A stretch of DNA of 64,000 bases from Macrostomum hystrix (taxonomy: Eukaryota; Animalia; Platyhelminthes), in assembly GCA_950097015.1 (NCBI GenBank), contig CATNEN010000024.1, forward strand, positions 5,580,001 through 5,644,000, in the 5' to 3' direction. A program made the position numbers and the translations under genes. The notes beneath the pieces were generated by a model. The model did not search any database. It worked only from the letters and a program-made list of their open reading frames with translations, and was not told where the DNA came from. Positions 10,427-22,100 of this stretch are shown piece after piece (position 1 is the stretch's first letter; each line of letters starts with the position of its first letter).

Positions 10427-11752
10427 AAAATAGCCATTTGATTTCGTCCATAGAAGTTGGCAGCGCGGCCATAGAGTCTATGGCAATATAGTGCCCTGTT
10501 TTCCGATTGAATTCATAACTTTGCCACTTCATTTCGACATACCCAGTATAGAAAGGCAACAGAAAAGTCGATGCGCTTGTCCATTACTGTTAACAGAAAG
10601 AACTGTTAAAAACAGAAAGCTGTGTATTTAAGTCACATGAGGAAGTAGACAGTTGCAACAGTGAAATCAGTTATGTTCCTGTTGAAGCTCCTGTTGAAGC
10701 TTCCTGTTGCTAGCTGGCGTTTTAGCGAAGCCTTGAGACAACTGTGTGCCTACTCCGCGGCGTTAATAAATGGAGAGTACGGTGGCAGAGTTCGCAGTTG
10801 AATACGATTGGCCAGCTGTTGTGGAACCTGTGCATTGCCATGAGCCCTGGCCCCATCCATGATGACAACGCATTGCTGTCCCTGTTGCAAATGCGGTTCG
10901 ATTGCTTCGCAATTTCGCACCACGAACTGCTGGAACGTCTGGGCATTCAGGGTTCTGTCCAGAAAGTCGGACAAGCGACTCCACGTGCAGAAGAGATCGC
11001 CAATAGCACAGAGACCGTCGCTTCTTTCTGTGCGTCGTACGCTTGTCCCTCTGCGGCTTCGTCCTTGTGATCGTCGGGTCAAGACGTGGAACCCTGACTC
11101 GTCCAGGAAAATAATTTCGGTTTCTTGGTCGAGATTTAGAAACCAGGTGGCAAACTCTCTTCTATGTTTTCTGGTGTGTTACGAGACACCGTGACGTCCG
11201 CATCTTTGCACATTTGCTTCAGCGTGATCAATTGTGCATACAAGTAGCGCGAGATGGTACTGAGACATGTCAGAAACGATTTCTTGTACGATTGGATCGG
11301 CCAGCTTCTTAGGATTGTTTCCTCCTTTCGGCAGCTTGTCGATGCGCCCAGTCTCTTCGTACACCTTCACTGTGGAGTACACTGTCTGTTTGTTGATTTT
11401 GAGCCATCGCGCTATGTACTCGTACGTCACTTTCTCACCCCTGTTCATTGCTTCAATGACAAGATGCCTTCTGTCGTTTCCAATAGACGCGTATGCAGCC
11501 ATTTTTAGACACACAAGGAAGGTGACTGTTGCCCAAGAAGAGGACACGTTCATATAGGCTTTTCATTTCTATGAGAGGTTTGGCCATAGATATTCACCCA
11601 CTGATATCCCAGCCAGTGTTTGAGTCACTCCGCGCGTCAAGTCGAAATGAAATGGCAAAGTTATGAATTCAATCGGAAAACAGCGCACTATATTGCCGTA
11701 GACTCTATGGCCGCGCTGCAAACTTCTATGGACGAAATCAAATGGCTATTTT
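10427..11752 (-). mobile_element. IS630/Tc1/mariner-superfamily DNA transposon with 112-bp TIRs (10427-10538, 11641-11752)
   Basis: The TIRs are near-perfect reverse complements (AAAATAGCCATTTGATTTCGTCCATAGAAG...CATTTCGAC). TA dinucleotides at 10431-32 and 11747-48 are an alternative TSD-defined boundary. Internal transposase relic on the minus strand. Confidence 0.88.
10620..11502 (-). pseudogene. Disrupted IS630/Tc1-like DDE transposase
   Basis: N-terminal HTH (EYIARWLKINKQTVYSTVKVYEETGR), IIFLDESGF (first D), VVIMDGARAH (second D), LPPYSPFINAAE (E). In-frame stops at 11179 and directly after the catalytic E (10750), plus frameshifted segments. Confidence 0.85.
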
Positions 11753-11967
11753 ATGAAATCAAACGAAAAATCCTATATTAAGGCTCCTTCCTTATTCAAT
11801 TCAGTGCATTATCTGCTGTGTGCCCTACATTTTGCACCAACAAGAGCAAACATTTCACTGGAAAACATAGACCCTTCTACAAGCAGCTACTTTTCGGCCT
11901 GCTGCACGCAAGGCTGAACCTACCGGCTAGTTCGTCAGGCGGGTCTGACTGGGGCAACAGACCCTCG

Positions 11968-12345
11968 TCCACACTTCCCTCCTCTTCCCCTCTTCCCCTT
12001 CTCTTCTCCTCTTCCCCTCCTCTTCCCCTCTCTTCCCCTCTTCCCCTTCTTCCTCTTTTCCCCTTCTCTTCTCCTCTTCCCCTCCTCTTCCCCTCTCTTC
12101 CCCTCTTCTCCTCCTCTTCCCCTCTCTTCCCCTGCTCTTCCCCTCTCTTCCCCTCTTCCCCTTCTCTTCTCCTCTCTTCCCCTCTTCCCCTCTCTTCCCC
12201 TGCTCTTCCCCTCTCTTCCCCTCTTCCCCTTCTCTTCCCCTCTCTTCCCCTCTTCTCCTTCTCTTCACCTCTTCTCTTTCTCTTACCCTCTTTCCGTGCT
12301 CTAATTCCCATCCTCTCATCTTCCCCTTCACGTCACCTCTTCCAC
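11968..12345. repeat. CT-rich degenerate repeat (CTCTTCCC-type)
   Basis: Homopyrimidine plus strand. The S/P/L and R/G/E ORFs are artefacts. Confidence 0.85.
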
Positions 12346-13867
12346 AAGGGCATTCTATATAAAAGTTTGCTAAAGTTACTGTCCAAATTTTTCTGAAACT
12401 TCTGATTTTCTTAAATATAAATGTTCTATATACACTCGTAGACTGTCTCCGGAGCAAACAAATCAGGGTTCTATGTCGCGCGACTAAATTTAGCGCAAAT
12501 ACTTTCAGAATTTCTCTATTCAAGTCTGCAAGCATAATGGATCCAGTTTAAAGCCGTGAGCTGAACACGTTAATGGTACCCAGGTGTGCCATCATGGCGA
12601 AAGCTACTCAAAGAAGACTGGCGGAGAGAGAGGACTTATGGAGAAGGGAGAAAGCAGACGCGGAGATAGAAGGGAAAATAGGAAAAGAAGTTGGAGCAAG
12701 TGTGAATCTGAGGAGGGGAGCACAAAGCAATTGTCGGATGCAGCGAGGGCGTCAGAGGACCGCTCGCCTGGATTGCTTTGGAGTTGCTGCAGGCAGTGCC
12801 TCATTCTTCTTCTGCTGTAGCAGAGCTGCATTGATGGTGCTTAAATTTCTGATCCCTAACAAAGATTATAATGCATCGAAATCTGGCTCAGAAAACTTGC
12901 TGTGCCGTGTTAAACTGAGTCTAACCGTTGTTCAGTCAGACTGAGAAGGACAACACTTAGACCTCACTTATAGCGATCAAACATGGACGAATTGGGAGTG
13001 AAATGGGTCCTTTGTTAGGCTAATGCGTAAATGCTCAGATGAAAGGATTATTTGATTCCCAGAAACTACCGGGTGATCAGGATTCTGAAATTCCTGGAAA
13101 GTAAGGTGTCGTGGGCTTAGAAGTTCCCAGAAAAGTGGGTATACAAATCCCAAAATTCATGGTTTGGGACAAAATTTCGTCGATTTAGGGACTAAATCCC
13201 TAAAAAGGATTCAGAACCCGAATTCCTTGAAAGGAACAGAGATAAATAAATTCTTGAAAGAAAGATCCGAAATCCCTGAAAAGAGATCCCGAAATTCCCT
13301 AAAGAAAGAGAGATTCCGAAATCTCTAGGTGGATGGGCATCTCGAAATTACTTAGGCTGATAATGATAATAAGGAATTTCGGAGAAATCTGTAGAGCCCC
13401 TATCAATCCAAACGGTTTTTTTCAAATATTAGCATTCTAAGTAGCATAATACGAGTAGAATTAATTCCCAGCTCATATAATTCCTTTTGCCGACAGTTTT
13501 ATAAACTTTTGTAACCTTCTCCCACAGCGCGACAGAAGGCCTTGTTGTGTCGCATCAATCGGACCTAAACTTTTTATTCAGCAAGTTCCATTGTCTGGGG
13601 CAGGAAATATGTCATCCTATTATTGTTTCACGTCAGAATCTGTCCTCATTCAATTCCATAATTCATTCATTCATTGAATTTCATTGTGCTCCGTGTTTTA
13701 TCCAGAAAAGGCAGTTCAATAGTCGTTATTGTCTTTTTTATTTGCTAAAAAACAGTGATTTTTTTTTATTTTCAGCGTCCGCTTATCTTTAGTCAGAAAC
13801 CTGCGACATGTTTTAGGCTTTGTTTAGAAATCCAAATCCAGTTCAGCATTCCTATTTCACTTAGGAG

Positions 13868-15570
13868 AGCAATCCTCACATCAAACTGAGCAATCCTCAC
13901 ATCAAAATGAGCAATCCTCACATCAAAATGAGCAATCCTCACATCAAAATGAGCAATCCTCACATCAAAATGAGCAATCCTCACATCAAAATGAGCAATC
14001 CTCACATCAAAATGAGCAATCCTCACATCAAAATGAGCAATCCTCACATCAAAATGAGCAATCCTCACATCAAAATGAGCAATCCTCACATCAAAATGAG
14101 CAATCCTCACATCAAAATGAGCAATCCTCACAGTAAAATGAGCAATCCTCACATCAAAATGAGCAATCCTCACATCAAAATGAGCAATCCTCACAGTAAA
14201 ATGAGCAATCCTCACAGTAAAATGAGCAATCCTCACAGTAAAATGAGCAATCCTCACAGTAAAATGAGCAATCCTCACATCAAAATGAGCAATCCTCACA
14301 TCAAAATGAGCAATCCTCACATCAAAATGAGCAATCCTCACATCAAAATGAGCAATCCTCACATCAAAATGAGCAATCCTCACATCAAAATGAGCAATCC
14401 TCACATCAAAATGAGCAATCCTCACATCAAAATGAGCAATCCTCACATCAAAATGAGCAATCCTCACAGTAAAATGAGCAATCCTCACATCAAAATGAGC
14501 AATCCTCACATCAAAATGAGCAATCCTCACATCAAAATGAGCAATCCTCACATCAAAATGAGCAATCCTCACATCAAAATGAGCAATCCTCACATCAAAA
14601 TGAGCAATCCTCACATCAAAATGAGCAATCCTCACAGTAAAATGAGCAATCCTCACATCAAAATGAGCAATCCTCACATCAAAATGAGCAATCCTCACAG
14701 TAAAATGAGCAATCCTCACAGTAAAATGAGCAATCCTCACAGTAAAATGAGCAATCCTCACAGTAAAATGAGCAATCCTCACATCAAAATGAGCAATCCT
14801 CACATCAAAATGAGCAATCCTCACATCAAAATGAGCAATCCTCACATCAAAATGAGCAATCCTCACATCAAAATGAGCAATCCTCACATCAAAATGAGCA
14901 ATCCTCACATCAAAATGAGCAATCCTCACATCAAAATGAGCAATCCTCACATCAAAATGAGCAATCCTCACAGTAAAATGAGCAATCCTCACATCAAAAT
15001 GAGCAATCCTCACATCAAAATGAGCAATCCTCACAGTAAAATGAGCAATCCTCACAGTAAAATGAGCAATCCTCACAGTAAAATGAGCAATCCTCACAGT
15101 AAAATGAGCAATCCTCACAGTGAAATGAGCAATCCTCACATCAAAATGAGCAATCCTCACAGTGAAATGAGCAATCCTCACATCAAAATGAGCAATCCTC
15201 ACAGTGAAATGAGCAATCCTCACAGTAAAATGAGCAATCCTCACAGTAAAATGAGCAATCCTCACATCAAAATGAGCAATCCTCACATCAAAATGAGCAA
15301 TCCTCACATCAAAATGAGCAATCCTCACATCAAAATGAGCAATCCTCACATCAAAATGAGCAATCCTCACATCAAAATGAGCAATCCTCAGATTAAAATG
15401 AGCCTTGCATTAGAATGAGCAATCCTCACATTAAAATAAGCAATTCTCTCACTATAATGAGCAATCCTTACATTAAAATGAGCAATCCTCGCATTAGAAT
15501 GAGCAATCCTCTCATTCAAATGAGCAATCCTCAGATCAAAATGAGCAATCCTCAGTAAAATGAGCAAACC
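13868..15570. repeat. 21-bp satellite (AAAATGAGCAATCCTCACATC / ...CACAGT)
   Basis: About 80 tandem units with two main variants, degenerating at the right end. Source of the MSNPHIK and VRIAHFD ORFs. Confidence 0.97.
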
Positions 15571-16185
15571 TCTCAATAAATTAATGGTTAAATTTGCTTT
15601 CTTAGAAAATAAATCACAGAGATGTATGAGATTTATGTACTAACTTTTATCTCAGTGAATTTTTGTTTTCATTATGGCTATATTATGCACTTTCAAATAG
15701 TACTGGTACAAGAAATTCGTCGTGCCTGGTTGATCGATTGATCGATTGATTGATTGATTGATCGATCGGTTAGCCTCACTGCCGGGTGTTAACTGTATGA
15801 ACAAACTGCCAGCAAGTTTTTTTACTAGAAAAAAACTTTGCCTAAAAGAAATGCGAAGATCGATTTGGTTCACAGCCTTTACCTGGCCTACGCTGAGCAG
15901 GGAAGAGAGAGGAGAGGACAGGAGAGGAGACAGGGGGAGGCCCTGAAGGACCAGAAGAAACTATGAGTGGTATGAGCAGCAGTTATGAATGAGTCTATAG
16001 TGCTAGCAGAGACAATTGCTGGGCTGCCAGAGCTACCTCAGATCGGCAGTGCGCGGCTGATTGGTCGACCTGGACACAGACGGTCTGGCCTGTGGCTGGT
16101 GGCTCTTGTGTCTAAAAAGAAGCGGAATCAGCCCACCTGGCATACCTGCCAGATAGTTCAGGTCCATCTAGTCCTACTTGAAGCG

Positions 16186-19100
16186 ATGCCGATTCCGCCA
16201 AAGGCGCCGGCCATCCTGGTGTCCGGTGTGACTCACCAGTCGATCGACCTCAGCTGGGAGCCGTTCTACGCCAAGCTGAGCGCAGCTCTTGGCGCCGACG
16301 ATGGCAAGCTGAAGGTGGAGGTTCAGCTGCGCAAAGGCGAGGCCTGGGACATGGTCTACCGCGGCTTCGACACAAAGTGCACCTGCCGCGGCCTGCAGGA
16401 CAGCGAGAACTACTATGCCAGATTCAGATTCGGCAACAACACCGGCTGGGGCGACTTCTCAGACGAGAAGCAGGTGCGAACGGAGCGGAAGCCTTTCACT
16501 GGCGAGGACGTGCACCGCTACCTACGCAGGCAGGACGAATACGAGCTGCGCCGCGTCCTGCAGACCGGGGAGGTCAGCGCAGACACGCCCGACGAGAAAG
16601 GCTTCAGCCCGCTGATGCACGCCGCCCTGGCTGGCCGGGCCGTCCTTTGCGAGCTGCTGCTGGAGTTCGGAGCCGACGTCAACTGGTGCGGCGAGAGCGG
16701 TGAGCTCGATACAGATTGGTTGTCCCGATGAGATCGCGCGGATTGCATAGATACAGTGAGATTATGGGTCAGGTGTGTGATGCTGGGATTGGTTGATACC
16801 ATCTGCTCACAGGTGTACACACATGCTGCTCACAGGTGTACACACATGCTGCTCACAGGTGTACACACATGCTGCTCACAGGTGTACACACATGCTGCTC
16901 ACAGGTGTACACACATGCTGCTCACAGGTGTACACAGAATAAACTGAAGGGTTAAATAAAGTGTGAGGTACTTTCATTGCAGCCAAATCGTAAACAACAT
17001 CAACTGACAGCTAATTGGTTCTTAGTCCAAGCTTGAATTTGAAATGCAGCATCCGCTCATTTCCCACCTCATAATAATTCAGCTGGCTGTGCTGAAAGTC
17101 CAGTCATTTTTGTCTTCAGCCTGAGCTGCTGGTTCTTCACCGCTTTCCCGTTTTGAAGAGTAAAATTCTCCCCAACCTCAACTCCGCCACCCAAGCCCCA
17201 TCAAGCAGGAGTCTCTCGGCCTCCCAGGACGAACCGATGCTTTTGGCATCCCATTTTCTGTCTCTCATTTTCCCTTAGCTGCTTAGCGACAGCTTGTGTC
17301 CCCGCGGCCTGCTGCAGCATCCGCATTTTTGTTTCATTGCTGGCCCCACGACCCCCTCCTGTGCCAGGATAGTGGAGTGGGGCGGAGAGGAGATGAGGCT
17401 GAGAAGCTGGCCCGATGATGGAGCTGCAAAACCGCTTGGCTTTGAAGTGCAGCCATTGTGGGGATGTGCAGAAGCAATGACTGCTACGGACCCACCGTTC
17501 CCTCATCGCTGGCTAACAGAACCAGAGGAGGGGGTGGCTCGGCCAGACAACCCATTGCTGATGGCGATGAGAGATACTGCGTTAAGTCCCTTCTCAATGT
17601 CCCACTCGCATTGTACTGGCCCTGCCCCCTTCCGTGTACTTGGGCTGCCCAATCACCCCCCATTCGGCCACACACAGAGACAGAAAATTTTCGCTTCTCC
17701 TGTTTAGTATTCCGAACTGGTGGGTCAAGGTTCAATGAAAACTAAATTCAGGGAATTTTGGGCCAATCGATGCATTTGATTGACAGGTTGACTTGGAATT
17801 TCAGGCCTTTTATTTATCGGTTAAGTTTTGGAAAAAAAAACTATAAGCTATGGAACATGAGAAACGGGAACTCTACTGGAATTGCAAAACGTGAAATATG
17901 ATCTCCACATATATACTATTACTCGCCTTAACTGAGTAGGACTATTGATTAGAACAGAACCAGTTTTGATTCTAAAAATAGACTACCGATGCAGTCAAAT
18001 TTAAGAGGCTCTTAAAGATTAACTATCTTGAGACAATAAAGGTTCCGGAGTAAAACTTGCCTACGTGAGCAGGTTACGCTTGGTGAGACTGAGATGAGAT
18101 GGACAGCGAGAGGTGAGATTAAGATGAGATGGTAAGCGAGGGGTGAGACTGAGATGAGATGGACAGCGAGAGGTGAGATTGAGATGAGATGGACAGCGAG
18201 AGGTGAGATTGAGATGAGATGGAAAGCGAGGGGTGAGATTGAGTTGAGATGGTAAGCGAGGTTTGAGACTGAGATGAGATGGTAAGCGAGGTTTGAGACT
18301 GAGATGAGATGGTAAGCGAGGGTGAGACTGAGATGAGATGGTAAGCGAGGGTGAGACTAAGATGAGATGGAAAGCGAGGGGTAAGACTGAGATGAGATGG
18401 TAAGCGAGGGTGAGACTGAGATGAGATGGTAAGCGAGGTTTGAGATTGAGATGAGATGGTAAGCGAGGGTGAGACTGAGATGAGATGGAAAGCGAGGGGT
18501 GAGACTGAGATGAGATGGTAAGCGAGGGTGAGACTGAGATGAGATGGTAAGCGAGGGTGAGACTGAGATGAGATGGTAAGCGAGGTTTGAGATTGAGATG
18601 AGATGGTAAGCGAGGGTGAGACTGAGATGAGATGGAAAGCGAGGTTTGAGACTGAGATGAGATGGAAAGCGAGGGGTGAGACTGAGATGAGATGGAAAGC
18701 GAGGTTTGAGACTGAGATGAGATGGAAAGCGAGGGGTGAGACTGAGATGAGATGGAAAGCGAGGGGTGAGACTGAGATGAGATGGAAAGCGAGGGGTGAG
18801 ACTGTGATGAGATGGTAAGCGAGGGTGAGACTGAGATGAGATGGTAAGCGAGGGGTGAGACTGAGATGAGATGGAAAGCGAGGGGTGAGACTGAGATGAG
18901 ATGGTAAGCGAGGGTGAGACTGAGATGAGATGGTAAGCGAGGTTTGAGATTGAGATGAGATGGTAAGCGAGGGTGAGACTGAGATGAGATGGAAAGCGAG
19001 GGGTGAGACTGAGATGAGATGGTAAGCGAGGGTGAGACTGAGATGAGATGGTAAGCGAGGGTGAGACTGAGATGAGATGGTAAGCGAGGTTTGAGATTGA

Positions 19101-22100
19101 GATGAGATGGTAAGCGAGGGTGAGACTGAGATGAGATGGAAAGCGAGGTTTGAGACTGAGATGAGATGGAAAGCGAGGGGTGAGACTGAGATGAGATGGA
19201 AAGCGAGGTTTGAGACTGAGATGAGATGGAAAGCGAGGGGTGAGACTGAGATGAGATGGAAAGCGAGGGGTGAGACTGAGATGAGATGGAAAGCGAGGGG
19301 TGAGACTGTGATGAGATGGTAAGCGAGGGTGAGACTGAGATGAGATGGTAAGCGAGGGGTGAGACTGAGATGAGATGGAAAGCGAGGGGTGAGACTGAGA
19401 TGAGATGGTAAGCGAGGGGTGAGACTGAGATGAGATGGTAAGCGAGGTTTGAGATTGAGATGAGATGGTAAGCGAGGGTGAAACTGAGATGAGATGGAAA
19501 GCGAGGGGTGAGACTGAGATGAGATGGCAAGCGAGGTTTGAGACTGAGATGAGATGGTAAGCGAGGGTGAGACTGAGATGAGATTGAAAGCGAGGTTTGA
19601 GACTGAGATAAGATGGTAAGCGAGGTTTGAGACTGAGATGAGATGGAAAGCGAGGGTGAAACTGAGATGAGATGGAAAGCGAGGGGTGAGACTGAGATGA
19701 GATGGCAAGCGAGGTTTGAGACTGAGATGAGATGGAAAGCGAGGTTTGAGACTGAGATGAGATGGAAAGCGAGGGGTGAGACTGAGATGAGATGGCAAGC
19801 GAGGTTTGAGACTGAGATGAGATGGTAAGCGAGGTTTGAGACTGAGATGAGATGGAAAGCGAGGGGTGAGACTGAGATGAGATTGAAAGCGAGGGGTGAG
19901 ACTGAGATGAGATGGAAAGCGAGAGGTGAGATTGAGATGAGATGGTAAGCGAGGGGTGAGACTGAGATGAGATGGTAAGCGAGGGTGAGACTGAGATGAG
20001 ATGGAAAGCGAGGGGTGAGACTGAGATGAGATGGTAAGCGAGGGGTGAGACTAAGATGAGATGGTAAGCGAGGGTGAGACTGAGATGAGATGGAAAGCGA
20101 GAGGTGAGATTGAGATGAGATGGAAAGCGAGGGGTGAGACTGAGATGAGATGGAAAGCGAGGGGTGAGACTGAGATGAGATGGAAAGCGAGGTTTGAGAT
20201 TGAGATGAGATGGTAAGCGAGGGGTGAGATTGAGATGAGATGGAAAGCGAGGTTTGAGACTGTGATGAGATGGTAAGCGGGGGTGAGACTGATGAGATGG
20301 AAAGCGAGGGTTGAGACTGAGATGAGATGGTAAGCGAGGGGTGAGACTGAGATGAGATGGTAAGCGAGGGGTGAGACTGAGATGAGATGGTAAGCGAGGG
20401 TGAGACTGAGATGAGATGGAAAGCGAGAGGTGAGATGAGATGAGATGGAAAGCGAGGGGTGAGACTGAGATGAGATGGACAGCGAGAGGTGAGATTGAGA
20501 TGAGATGGACAGCGAGAGGTAAGACTGAGATGAGATGGACAGCGAGGTTTGAGACTGAGATGAGATGGAAAGCGAGGGGTGAGACTGAGATGAGATGGAA
20601 AGCGAGGGTGAGACTGAGATGAGATGGAAAGCGAGGGTGAGACTGAGATGAGATGGAAAGCGAGGTTTGAGACTGAGATGAGATGGTAAGCGAGGGGTGA
20701 GACTGAGATGAGATGGAAAGCGAGGGGTGAGACTGAGATGAGATGGAAAGCGAGGGGTGAGACTGTGATGAGATGGTAAGCGAGGGTGAGACTGAGATGA
20801 GATGGTAAGCGAGGTTTGAGACTGAGATGAGATGGTAAGCGAGGTTTGAGACTGAGATGAGATGGTAAGCGAGGGTGAGACTGAGATGAGATGGTAAGCG
20901 AGGGTGAGACTAAGATGAGATGGAAAGCGAGGGGTGAGACTGAGATGAGATGGTAAGCGAGGGTGAGACTGAGATGAGATGGTAAGCGAGGTTGAGATTG
21001 AGATGAGATGGTAAGCGAGGGTGAGACTGAGATGAGATGGAAAGCGAGGGGTGAGACTGAGATGAGATGGTAAGCGAGGGTGAGACTGAGATGAGATGGT
21101 AAGCGAGGGTGAGACTGAGATGAGATGGTAAGCGAGGTTTGAGATTGAGATGAGATGGTAAGCGAGGGTGAGACTGAGATGAGATGGAAAGCGAGGTTTG
21201 AGACTGAGATGAGATGGAAAGCGAGGGGTGAGACTGAGATGAGATGGAAAGCGAGGTTTGAGACTGAGATGAGATGGAAAGCGAGGGGTGAGACTGAGAT
21301 GAGATGGAAAGCGAGGGGTGAGACTGAGATGAGATGGAAAGCGAGGGGTGAGACTGTGATGAGATGGTAAGCGAGGGTGAGACTGAGATGAGATGGTAAG
21401 CGAGGGGTGAGACTGAGATGAGATGGAAAGCGAGGGGTGAGACTGAGATGAGATGGTAAGCGAGGGTGAGACTGAGATGAGATGGTAAGCGAGGTTTGAG
21501 ATTGAGATGAGATGGTAAGCGAGGGTGAGACTGAGATGAGATGGAAAGCGAGGGGTGAGACTGAGATGAGATGGTAAGCGAGGGTGAGACTGAGATGAGA
21601 TGGTAAGCGAGGGTGAGACTGAGATGAGATGGTAAGCGAGGTTTGAGATTGAGATGAGATGGTAAGCGAGGGTGAGACTGAGATGAGATGGAAAGCGAGG
21701 TTTGAGACTGAGATGAGATGGAAAGCGAGGGGTGAGACTGAGATGAGATGGAAAGCGAGGTTTGAGACTGAGATGAGATGGAAAGCGAGGGGTGAGACTG
21801 AGATGAGATGGAAAGCGAGGGGTGAGACTGAGATGAGATGGAAAGCGAGGGGTGAGACTGTGATGAGATGGTAAGCGAGGGTGAGACTGAGATGAGATGG
21901 TAAGCGAGGGGTGAGACTGAGATGAGATGGAAAGCGAGGGGTGAGACTGAGATGAGATGGTAAGCGAGGGGTGAGACTGAGATGAGATGGTAAGCGAGGT
22001 TTGAGATTGAGATGAGATGGTAAGCGAGGGTGAAACTGAGATGAGATGGAAAGCGAGGGGTGAGACTGAGATGAGATGGCAAGCGAGGTTTGAGACTGAG

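Noticed and set aside
12573-12944. Purine-rich ORFs (123 aa, 78 aa, 75 aa)
   Set aside because: No recognisable motif or consistent splice sites; probably a decayed repeat or low-complexity DNA.
13793-15418. 500-aa ORFs on both strands (MSNPHIK / VRIAHFD repeats)
   Set aside because: Translation of a 21-bp satellite whose unit is a multiple of 3 and lacks stops; no unique domain or splice context.
15985-16185. N-terminal extension of the FANK1 ORF (MNESIVL...)
   Set aside because: Not FN3-like and compositionally unlike the rest. Met at 16186 directly precedes the FN3 domain. It cannot be fully excluded.
17200-17750. GC-richer island with several short ORFs in the FANK1 intron
   Set aside because: No domain signature or in-phase splice sites, and FANK1 is complete without it; possibly a TE fragment I cannot classify.
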